Positions 51,708 to 60,469 of a stretch of 64,000 bases of DNA are shown here, in pieces. Each line of letters begins with the position of its first letter. The stretch's first letter is position 1. Below the pieces are notes generated by a model. It had not been told where the DNA came from. It made no database searches and worked only from the letters and a program-made list of their open reading frames with translations. The translations under genes were made by a program, and so were the position numbers. The DNA is from a virus: the IMG/VR virus record IMGVR_UViG_3300033571_020726, positions 1-64,000 of that record; one strand, given 5' to 3'.

Positions 51708-53501
51708 ATGAGTAATAATGCAATTGATATTATAAATTATGATATACCTAAATTTAATGTTGATGTAACTTTTAATTATTTAAAATATACAGATGCAGAA
51801 GATGATGGCGAAATATTTGATGAAAAATTAAATTTAAAATATAATAATAAAGATATGAATTTATATAATGAGCTAAAAATAGATATATCGGAATTTATAT
51901 CTAGATATGATTTTGATTCAAATATTACTTTTTTGAAAAAAATAGATCAAAATATTATTGATGATATTAAATATTTTGAAAATAAAAATTTAAATACATA
52001 CAGTCAGAATACAGAAGGTATTACTGAGATTGATTATTTTAATTATAGCAATTCAAAAATTGACGATAAATTTGTATCAATTATCAATTATTTGTCAAAA
52101 AAAGATTTAAAAAATATATTAAACACATTTGATATTGATAATCAACAATACAATTTAAATAAATCTAACTATAGAAATATAGTTGTTGGTAAAGATTATT
52201 TATATAGATTTTTTTTAAATAAAAATAATACTTTACATAATATTGACTTTATTAATAATAACGTTTTATCAACATATAATAATATAACAGATCATATTTC
52301 ATCTAGCGGTTATTCTGCTAAAGTTTTTAATATTAATAATGATATAATTGAAAATAATATTATTGAGCAATTTAGTAATACTGTTATAACAGACACTAAT
52401 AATATTGACATGCTTGATAAAATGAGTTTATTTGATAAATTAAACTATTTTAAATTAACTAATATTACACAGTTTGAAGAATTAAAAGATAAAACTGGCG
52501 TTGCATTTGTTGGATTTTTAATAAAAAAAAATAAAAAATCAAAATTAGGTGAAAGTAAATTAAACATTGCAAGTCAATTTATTTATTTAGATATTAATAA
52601 TGATTTATATCAAAATGGAACTTTAAAAAATATTGTTTTATTTGATTGCGATTTAGAATATGCTAATACGTATTCTTATGAAATAAGTCCTGTTTTTTAT
52701 TTAAGTTATTACAAACATAATATTTTAATAAATGATATAAATATACCCAGTATAGTAAATAATTTAATATATTCAAATACTTTTAGAACTATAGAATCTG
52801 TTGCAATTGATTATTTTGCGCCTGAACCTCCTAATGCTTTACGTGTTAAGTTACATAAAGGTTCTATGTTTCCTTTATTATTTTGGGATCACCCTACAAA
52901 TCCGCAAAACGATGTAATTGGATTTCAAATTTATAGAAGAGAAAATTTAAATCAGCCATTTCAACTAATAAAAGTTTATTTAAAAAGGCAAAAATCAGAT
53001 TTCAAAAACTTTGATATGTTTTCAGATATTATTGATGAAAATTTAATTGAAACATCAAATTCAAATATAATGTCATCTGATTTATATCAATTTGTAGACA
53101 AAAATGTTGATATTATCAAAAACAATTATATTTATGCAATTTGTTCGATTGATGCTCATGGAATTATATCAAATTATTCAACGCAGATAGGTGTTAGATA
53201 CTCTAATATATATAACAATTTAATAATTGATCATGTAAGTATATCTAATGCCCCAAGAAGTTATCCTAATTTGTATATAGCAAGAAAAACTCAATTATTT
53301 AATAATGACGATTCTTTATTTGATTTTACACCTAATTTTGTTAATAAAGAAAAAATATCTATATACTTTACACCAGACTCTTATAGATTTAAAAACGGTA
53401 GTATTGTAGAAGAATCATTCAATATAAACAATCATTATCAATTAAATATAATAAGATTAAATGATTTATCATCAAAAAATATTAAATTTAAACTAAAATA
53501 A
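51708..53501 (+). CDS. Fibronectin type III domain virion protein
   Basis: APEPP..L....LFWDHP....DVIGFQIYRR..FVD......YIYAI.SIDAHG..SNYS. Confidence 0.7.
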   Translation: MSNNAIDIINYDIPKFNVDVTFNYLKYTDAEDDGEIFDEKLNLKYNNKDMNLYNELKIDISEFISRYDFDSNITFLKKIDQNIIDDIKYFENKNLNTYSQNTEGITEIDYFNYSNSKIDDKFVSIINYLSKKDLKNILNTFDIDNQQYNLNKSNYRNIVVGKDYLYRFFLNKNNTLHNIDFINNNVLSTYNNITDHISSSGYSAKVFNINNDIIENNIIEQFSNTVITDTNNIDMLDKMSLFDKLNYFKLTNITQFEELKDKTGVAFVGFLIKKNKKSKLGESKLNIASQFIYLDINNDLYQNGTLKNIVLFDCDLEYANTYSYEISPVFYLSYYKHNILINDINIPSIVNNLIYSNTFRTIESVAIDYFAPEPPNALRVKLHKGSMFPLLFWDHPTNPQNDVIGFQIYRRENLNQPFQLIKVYLKRQKSDFKNFDMFSDIIDENLIETSNSNIMSSDLYQFVDKNVDIIKNNYIYAICSIDAHGIISNYSTQIGVRYSNIYNNLIIDHVSISNAPRSYPNLYIARKTQLFNNDDSLFDFTPNFVNKEKISIYFTPDSYRFKNGSIVEESFNINNHYQLNIIRLNDLSSKNIKFKLK

Positions 53502-53553
53502 TATTAAAAATATAATACAATATAATTAAAATAAAACAAAGGATTTGTTGAAT

Positions 53554-54369
53554 ATGGGATTTTTAGATCATACAACTAATAGCATTATTATAGATGCAGT
53601 ATTAACTGAGCGTGGTCGTGAATTATTGGCTCGAAATGATGGATCATTTAAAATTGATTCTTTTGCATTTGGTGATGACGAAATAGACTATACAAATATT
53701 TTAAAATATGGTACAGATATGGGTAAAGAAAAAATAGAAAAAAATACACCTATTTTTGAAGCTCAAACAAATGAAAATATTGCAATAAAATATAATAATA
53801 TAACTTTATCAAGTTCTGTGACTAGACTATTATATATTCCAGTATTATATGTTGATACAAATACAATGTCTGTTTTGGAAAGTAACCCAACTAAACCTGC
53901 AAATATACAACTTGATTCATCATCAACAACGACAAACAAAAAAACAATTACACTTTTTTCAACATTACCAGCAGTATCAGGACAAACATCAATCGATAAT
54001 AATTTAATAGATACTATATTTGAAGTGAGATTCAATTCTTTATTATTAGGATTATATAATTCAAATGGAGATGAAAATATAACTGATTTTATCGACAAAG
54101 ACGAAAATTTAATATCAACATATTCTTTAAGTAGAAATGCAGTTGTTGCAGATGCAATAAGCGATTCATGGCAATCATTTGCATTAAAAGGCAGAAGAAA
54201 AATTAGTTTTGATATAGGTATTAGTAAGCAATTTGAAAGTAGTTTTTTTGAAAAATTTGGAGTAATTAATTCTTCAGGTAATTCAACAGGGTCAATTAAT
54301 ACATTTCTTGAAATTGTAGGGACAGCATCAGGTTCAAGAATGATTATTCCATTTACAATTATATTATAA
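53554..54369 (+). CDS. Conserved-type baseplate/tail-collar-like structural protein
   Basis: MGFLD....IIIDAVLTERGRELLA...F.I..FAFGDDEIDY..TPIFEA; ATG at 53554 fits the aagga RBS spacing better than TTG at 53545. Confidence 0.65.
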   Translation: MGFLDHTTNSIIIDAVLTERGRELLARNDGSFKIDSFAFGDDEIDYTNILKYGTDMGKEKIEKNTPIFEAQTNENIAIKYNNITLSSSVTRLLYIPVLYVDTNTMSVLESNPTKPANIQLDSSSTTTNKKTITLFSTLPAVSGQTSIDNNLIDTIFEVRFNSLLLGLYNSNGDENITDFIDKDENLISTYSLSRNAVVADAISDSWQSFALKGRRKISFDIGISKQFESSFFEKFGVINSSGNSTGSINTFLEIVGTASGSRMIIPFTIIL

Positions 54370-54379
54370 GAGAGAAAAT

Positions 54380-55786
54380 ATGCCAGCATCAAGATTAAAA
54401 AGTTTAGGAATAAATGATAGATTAACTGAAAACAAATCACGATTAAATCAATTAATTGATATTATTTCAGCAGATGTATCACAATCAGCTAATAGAAGAA
54501 CATATCCTGCATTTGTTACAGGTAATACATATCCTATAACAAGTTCATTATTTAATACAATTTATGATCAGGATCACACTTTACAAAGTTCAAATGCATT
54601 ATTTGATATGACATTTGGATTATACGCTAAAACAGTAACAGCAACAGTAAATAATGTCACAACAAAAACGATTGATGGTTCATCTATTATTACATCATTA
54701 AATGATAGATCTGTCGATTCTTCTGGTTTTTATTATTTTAATCCATTAACATCAACAATGATTCGTGAAAAAATAAATGTTTATAAACAATATGCACAAT
54801 CTTTATTAGGAAATGCAAATGAAGTATTTAAATCTTCATATCAAGCGCCTTCAAATGAAGTGACAGAAATAAAAGAAGCTTTATTTTTAAACTTCAAACG
54901 TTTATTTAAAAGAGACAATATTGCAAGAGGAACATTTGGTTTAACATTATATAATAGATTAGGTAATTTTTCAACAATAACAACATCAGAATATACAGCA
55001 GTTGATAGTTTAAAGAAAAAACAAACATTATTTACTTCACCAAATCAAGTATTTAATTCAACAACATATACAGGCAAATCAGCATTACAACAAGGTGATG
55101 CATCGTCAGATGGATTTGTAACAATAATTGATACAAATGCTTCAAATGTTTATTCAGTTTTACCTACATCTGGAGAGGTTGCAACATTAAAAATGTTTAA
55201 AGATGATCCTTCTACTAGCATTGATGTAGGTTTAATTTTTTATGATGCAGGCATTGTAGTATTAGATGTTGCCAAAATATTTAAACTGTCTGAACAAGTA
55301 AAAGGCGTTATTTCTTTTGCTGATGCACTTGCAACATCAACATCATTTTCAGGATTTTCAGGTGATACATCATTATCAGGTGTTGCTATACTTAATGGAG
55401 AAAAAGCTTTAAATAATGATGATACACTTTTGAAATTTTTACAATTAGCTACTATAGATGATATTGTAAAACATTTTTGTGAAGCAAGATTTGCAGATAG
55501 TAGCAATACTTGTTTAACATTTCAAAATGAAACAATTATTAATTCAACTATTTTTTTCTGTAATGCAGCACCAAGTGAATTTAATTATAGCACAAATCCA
55601 ACATATATTGATGAATATGGTAAAATAAATGTTGTTAAAGATGAAACATCACAACCATTTTCATATATCACAACTGTCGGTTTGTATGATGCTGCAGGTA
55701 ATTTATTGGCTGTCGCAAAATTAAGTCGTCCAATTGAAAAAAATCCTAATAATAATTTAACAATTAGGGTAAGATTAGATTATTAA
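54380..55786 (+). CDS. Baseplate/tail structural protein
   Basis: GLIFYDAGIVVL, EFNYSTNPTY, YITTVGLYD..NLLAVAKLSRPI.K....IRVRLDY C-terminal motif. Confidence 0.65.
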   Translation: MPASRLKSLGINDRLTENKSRLNQLIDIISADVSQSANRRTYPAFVTGNTYPITSSLFNTIYDQDHTLQSSNALFDMTFGLYAKTVTATVNNVTTKTIDGSSIITSLNDRSVDSSGFYYFNPLTSTMIREKINVYKQYAQSLLGNANEVFKSSYQAPSNEVTEIKEALFLNFKRLFKRDNIARGTFGLTLYNRLGNFSTITTSEYTAVDSLKKKQTLFTSPNQVFNSTTYTGKSALQQGDASSDGFVTIIDTNASNVYSVLPTSGEVATLKMFKDDPSTSIDVGLIFYDAGIVVLDVAKIFKLSEQVKGVISFADALATSTSFSGFSGDTSLSGVAILNGEKALNNDDTLLKFLQLATIDDIVKHFCEARFADSSNTCLTFQNETIINSTIFFCNAAPSEFNYSTNPTYIDEYGKINVVKDETSQPFSYITTVGLYDAAGNLLAVAKLSRPIEKNPNNNLTIRVRLDY

Positions 55787-55846
55787 AATATTTAAATTAA
55801 TTGTTTTTTTTTATATGATAAATAATATAATAAAAAAGGTTTATTA

Positions 55847-58834
55847 ATGAGTATTATCAATTTATTGGATCAAAATAAAAATTTTGAAGAAACAAAGATA
55901 TTATCAAATAGAATATTTAAAAAAAAAGAAATATATACAACAGATTTAAATAATAACTATAATAATGAAAATATTGAAGGTTTTATTCTAAATAATTATC
56001 CTGATACTTATTCAACATCTTATGGATTATTATCACTTTTTTCATATAATACTAACGTTTTAAAAGAAATCAATGGTAATACTAGACAAAGAAAAAGCGA
56101 TATTACAACAAAAAATTTTTATGTAGATCAAATACGTAATACATCAGTTTTTAATAATCAAAATGTAAGTATAAGAAATTATTTACAAAAAGTCAGACCT
56201 GATAAAATTGAATCTATCACTAATGATGTTGAAATGTTGGAAATTGAATCTAACTATTTTTCAATTAAAAGATTATCGCAGGAATTAAATCCATTTAGTA
56301 ATATAGTAACAAAAAAAAATATTATAAAAAATTTATATAAATCAAATAATAATATGAAAGATTCTAAATTTAATCAAAAATTTAATTATTCTTTTTATAA
56401 TTATAACTGTTTGAATTTTTTTAATATTTTACCTAGTGAACAAATGTCGCAAGTTGTAAAAGATGAATTTATAAACAACTCTCATAAAAATATATTGCTT
56501 TATTCAAATTCTTTATTAGATAATCAAGAAAGTGGAATAACTTCTAAAAATATAGGTTTATCGGATCATAAATTAAGCATTAATTTTTGGATTAATCCTA
56601 AAAGAACGTCATTAGTTAATAAAAAATATAATCCTGGTTGCATATTACATATACCAAATATCATATCTGTATATTTAGTTTCTGATAATGTTAGTTATGA
56701 TTCTTTAGATAGACCTACTGCTTTTAAAATATTATGTCATTTAGGTGAAAAATCAAATATATTACCATTAAGTAATGAAATTACAACTCAGTATAAAATA
56801 ATTACTGATAATGTTTTAAATTTAAACACATGGTATAATATTTCTATTATTATTTCAAGACAAGATGTACTTTTATATATTGATTCAATTAATAATATGA
56901 CATCATGGAAAAAAAACAATCAAACAATTGATTTGACTTCTTTAAATTTTGAAAATACAAATTCAATATTTACTATTGGAAATAGATTATCAAATCAAAG
57001 TGAAATATGGCAAAAAGCAAATGAAAATAAATTAAAAAATTCTTTTTTTAATGATAATACATACCTTGAAAACAATTTGAATATTGACGAAATAAATGAA
57101 ATAAATAATGTAAGATTTGTTGATTCAATGTTGGATATGAATACAAAAATATTGAGTAATAATGAAAATAATATTGATATTCAGTCACAAGCATTAAATG
57201 CAGAGTTAAATAATATAATGATATTTAATGATGATATATCATTTCAGGATTTATTTGATTATGCATCTGGTAATAAAAATCTAGATTTAAGTAATAGATC
57301 ATTATCTTTTTGGTTACCATGTATATATTTACCTGAACTTGTTAGAAGAAAAGGATATATTACATTAGGTATGAAGGATAATATATCTTATCGTTCATGC
57401 GTGAATCCTTATTTTTCACATAAAATTTATGGACATGAATTATCAATTGAACACTTTGTAAGAGATCTTGCATTTTTTAGATTACCTTTAATAAAAGGAA
57501 TGAATGGAAAAGAATACGAAGATTGTTTAACAAATAATTTTTATAATTCTTCAAATAACAGTATTATAGCAGAAAAGAAGAAATTAATAACTGATTTTTA
57601 TAGAAATCATAAAACACCTACACAAATATTAAATAAAATAATGACAACAGATATTTGTAAAGTAGATAGTTGCTTTACAGATTATCAATTTGATAATTTA
57701 ATTTATCGTAATAATTTTATTTTTCCTTGTGATAATGGAAAATCAAAAATAGATTATAATAATATTCAAAAATATGATAAAATAAAAAATGTTTTATTAT
57801 CAGAATCTTCTATCTCACATTACTTTTTAAATAAAAATTTTAATTATATAAATTTACAGAATAGTCTTTATTTAAACAAAAATGAATATTCATATGATAA
57901 TCCTACAGATTTTTTTAATAAAGATTACGTTTATAATAAATTAATAAATAATACAAATAATTTATTTACAAACAAACCAAATAAAAATGAATACTTATCA
58001 AAAGTTTTTATTGACAAATTATCAAGTAATAATATACAAACGAAAGTATATAATAATTTGTCAGGTATTAAATTACTTACACAAACGAATATAAATAATT
58101 TTTGGGGTCCTATAAAAAATAGTTTTAATAGTGAAAAATATTTAAGTATAAATCATATTTTCAAAAATATTGATGGAAAATATACACCGTCTAATCCTGA
58201 AATTATTATTTCAAATAAAAGTATTAATAATCAATCAGTAGTATATAGAAAATTTTTTAATTCATATTATTCAATAGAAGGTGAAGTAGGTGAGACATAT
58301 TCAACTATTTTTGATATTTCAAATTTATTTTATTCTTCAAAAATTCATCCTAAAAGTATTGAGATAAATGATTTTGATTTAAATGGTACAGGTGCTGCAT
58401 TATCAATGAAGATAAAAGATAATGGTATGGGTTTATTATATAGGGCAGATTGTAATGGAGAACATGCAAAATGGGCGTATGTAGGACATGCGTTTTATTC
58501 TGATGGGTTATGTAATATTTTATATCCTGGAATTGCTAATTTTGGTGAAAATAATTTTTCATTTTCATTAAAAGGGCAACATTCAATGTATACAATGGAA
58601 TTAAATATACCAGTAGAAAAAGGTGGTTTTAATATCTCATCAAACAACACATATATTAAAGATTTAAAACCATCAAATAATTTATCAGATTTGGAAGAAG
58701 ATCAATTTGTATATATTTCAGGAGTCAATTTACATGATGAAAATTTAAATATAGTGGCAAAAGCTAATTTTGCGCAACCTATAGTTAAAAGATTAAATGA
58801 TAGATATAATATCAGATTAAAGATGGATTTTTAA
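55847..58834 (+). CDS. Baseplate/tail structural protein with LamG-like domain
   Basis: SINFWINP..NTWYNISI LamG-like; DNG.G, VG..FY..G, YISGVNLHD..LNIVAKA...PI.K....IRLKMDF shared with 54380. Confidence 0.6.
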   Translation: MSIINLLDQNKNFEETKILSNRIFKKKEIYTTDLNNNYNNENIEGFILNNYPDTYSTSYGLLSLFSYNTNVLKEINGNTRQRKSDITTKNFYVDQIRNTSVFNNQNVSIRNYLQKVRPDKIESITNDVEMLEIESNYFSIKRLSQELNPFSNIVTKKNIIKNLYKSNNNMKDSKFNQKFNYSFYNYNCLNFFNILPSEQMSQVVKDEFINNSHKNILLYSNSLLDNQESGITSKNIGLSDHKLSINFWINPKRTSLVNKKYNPGCILHIPNIISVYLVSDNVSYDSLDRPTAFKILCHLGEKSNILPLSNEITTQYKIITDNVLNLNTWYNISIIISRQDVLLYIDSINNMTSWKKNNQTIDLTSLNFENTNSIFTIGNRLSNQSEIWQKANENKLKNSFFNDNTYLENNLNIDEINEINNVRFVDSMLDMNTKILSNNENNIDIQSQALNAELNNIMIFNDDISFQDLFDYASGNKNLDLSNRSLSFWLPCIYLPELVRRKGYITLGMKDNISYRSCVNPYFSHKIYGHELSIEHFVRDLAFFRLPLIKGMNGKEYEDCLTNNFYNSSNNSIIAEKKKLITDFYRNHKTPTQILNKIMTTDICKVDSCFTDYQFDNLIYRNNFIFPCDNGKSKIDYNNIQKYDKIKNVLLSESSISHYFLNKNFNYINLQNSLYLNKNEYSYDNPTDFFNKDYVYNKLINNTNNLFTNKPNKNEYLSKVFIDKLSSNNIQTKVYNNLSGIKLLTQTNINNFWGPIKNSFNSEKYLSINHIFKNIDGKYTPSNPEIIISNKSINNQSVVYRKFFNSYYSIEGEVGETYSTIFDISNLFYSSKIHPKSIEINDFDLNGTGAALSMKIKDNGMGLLYRADCNGEHAKWAYVGHAFYSDGLCNILYPGIANFGENNFSFSLKGQHSMYTMELNIPVEKGGFNISSNNTYIKDLKPSNNLSDLEEDQFVYISGVNLHDENLNIVAKANFAQPIVKRLNDRYNIRLKMDF

Positions 58835-58844
58835 TAAAAAATAA

Positions 58845-58873
58845 ATGTAAAATTATAGTTTATAAATTATAAT
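58845..58873 (+). promoter_or_regulatory. Possible sigma70-like promoter for the recombination cluster
   Basis: ATGTAA-N17-TATAAT upstream of the RuvC-like gene. Confidence 0.35.
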
Positions 58874-58896
58874 TTAATTAAAAATGGTTTTAAATT

Positions 58897-59472
58897 ATGA
58901 TTCTAGGATTAGATATATCATCAAGTATAATAGGGATTTCTTTATTTGAAGACAACGGTATTTTGTATAAATTAGATTATATAGATTTACGTAAAATCGA
59001 TAGCTTTTTTAAAAAAGCAGATTATGTTAGAGATAAATTTAAAAAAATATTTGAATCTTTAGATGATAAAATTAATTTAATTTCCATTGAAGAGTGTGCT
59101 CAATCATTTCGAAAAGGTTTTTCTTCTGCACAAACATTATCTACTTTAGCAAGATTTAATGGAGTTGTATCTCAGATCGCTTATGAGACATTCAAAGTCG
59201 AACCGTTATATTACAATGTCGTTTCATCACGCAAATCATTGGGTATAAAACTGGATAAGTCTGGTGATATTGATACTAAGGAACAAATTGTTGCCTGGGT
59301 TTCTTTAAATGAAGTTGATTTTAAATGGCCAAAAAGAAGATTAACAAAAGGTAAAAATGTTGGAACAGAAATTTATGAACAATATTGTTATGACATGGCA
59401 GATGCCTATGTTATTGGAAAAATAGCAGTAAAACAACATGCAAAAAACAATATCACTCAATCAAAAAATTGA
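58897..59472 (+). CDS. ruvC: RuvC-like Holliday junction resolvase
   Basis: MILGLDIS...G, IEE, LARFNG, K, DMADA catalytic motifs. Confidence 0.85.
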   Translation: MILGLDISSSIIGISLFEDNGILYKLDYIDLRKIDSFFKKADYVRDKFKKIFESLDDKINLISIEECAQSFRKGFSSAQTLSTLARFNGVVSQIAYETFKVEPLYYNVVSSRKSLGIKLDKSGDIDTKEQIVAWVSLNEVDFKWPKRRLTKGKNVGTEIYEQYCYDMADAYVIGKIAVKQHAKNNITQSKN

Positions 59473-60448
59473 TTTTATAAAAAGTGTAGTCGAAAATTAT
59501 AGACATTCAAATGGTAAAGAAGATATTGCTATTTGGTGCCCTTTTTGTCAAAATTCAAATAAAAATAAGTTGAAGATGGTTTTACAAATTGATAAAGGTA
59601 TTTATCACTGTTGGGTTTGTAATGCAAAAGGAAACAACATACCTTTTTTAATTAGAAAAATAAATCCTTCAAAATATGAAGAAAGTCAAAAATTTTTTAA
59701 TTCTTTTAAAAAAAAGGTAAATGAAGAATGGAATTTTATTTTAAATGGATTAAATGATTTTAATAATGAAGAAGAAGTAAATGAAAAAGTAGTATTACCT
59801 TCTGAATTTGAATTATGTGCATCATTATTTACAAATGAAAATATTAGAAATCCTGATGTTCGTGATGTTATGAATTATCTTCGAAAAAGAGGGTGTTCTG
59901 AACATAAAATGTGGATGTTACGATTTGGAGTATCTAAAAATGATTCATGGCGTAGAATGTTGATAATCCCTTCTTTTTGTAAAAATGGTGAATTAAATTA
60001 TTTTACTTGCAGAAAAATAGATGAATCAACTTTTTCATCTATAAAATATAAAAACTGTGAAATAGAGAAGAAAAAAATAGTATTTAATGAGATTTTAATT
60101 GATTGGAATTTACCTTTAACATTAGTAGAAGGTCCATTAGATTTGTTAAAAACAAATGATAATGCGACATGTTTATTAGGTAGTACTCTGCCAAAAGACA
60201 GTTTGTTATTTAAAAGAATCGTTGAAAATAAAACGCCTGTTATATTAGCATTAGATAATGATGCATATAAAAAGGCTTTAAAAATAGCTGAGGATCTGAT
60301 GGAATATGATGTATCAGTCAGTTTAATGGATACATCATCTGCAAAAGATGTAGGTGATATGACAGAAAAAATGTTCGAAGAGCATTACAAAAGAGCTTGT
60401 AAAATAGATCAAGATGATTTATTATTAAACAAAATACAAATAATTTAA
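59438..60448 (+). CDS. dnaG: DNA primase (zinc finger + TOPRIM)
   Basis: CPFC..HCWVC zinc finger, YLRKRG, IIP, KYKN, VEGPLD, LG, ALDNDA, KD.GD. Confidence 0.9.
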   Translation: MQKTISLNQKIDFIKSVVENYRHSNGKEDIAIWCPFCQNSNKNKLKMVLQIDKGIYHCWVCNAKGNNIPFLIRKINPSKYEESQKFFNSFKKKVNEEWNFILNGLNDFNNEEEVNEKVVLPSEFELCASLFTNENIRNPDVRDVMNYLRKRGCSEHKMWMLRFGVSKNDSWRRMLIIPSFCKNGELNYFTCRKIDESTFSSIKYKNCEIEKKKIVFNEILIDWNLPLTLVEGPLDLLKTNDNATCLLGSTLPKDSLLFKRIVENKTPVILALDNDAYKKALKIAEDLMEYDVSVSLMDTSSAKDVGDMTEKMFEEHYKRACKIDQDDLLLNKIQII

Positions 60449-60469
60449 AATATATTATGTGAGAAAAAC

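Noticed and set aside
53763-54440. 225-aa minus-strand ORF
   Set aside because: Antisense shadow of a motif-bearing + strand gene; no recognisable motif and no independent support
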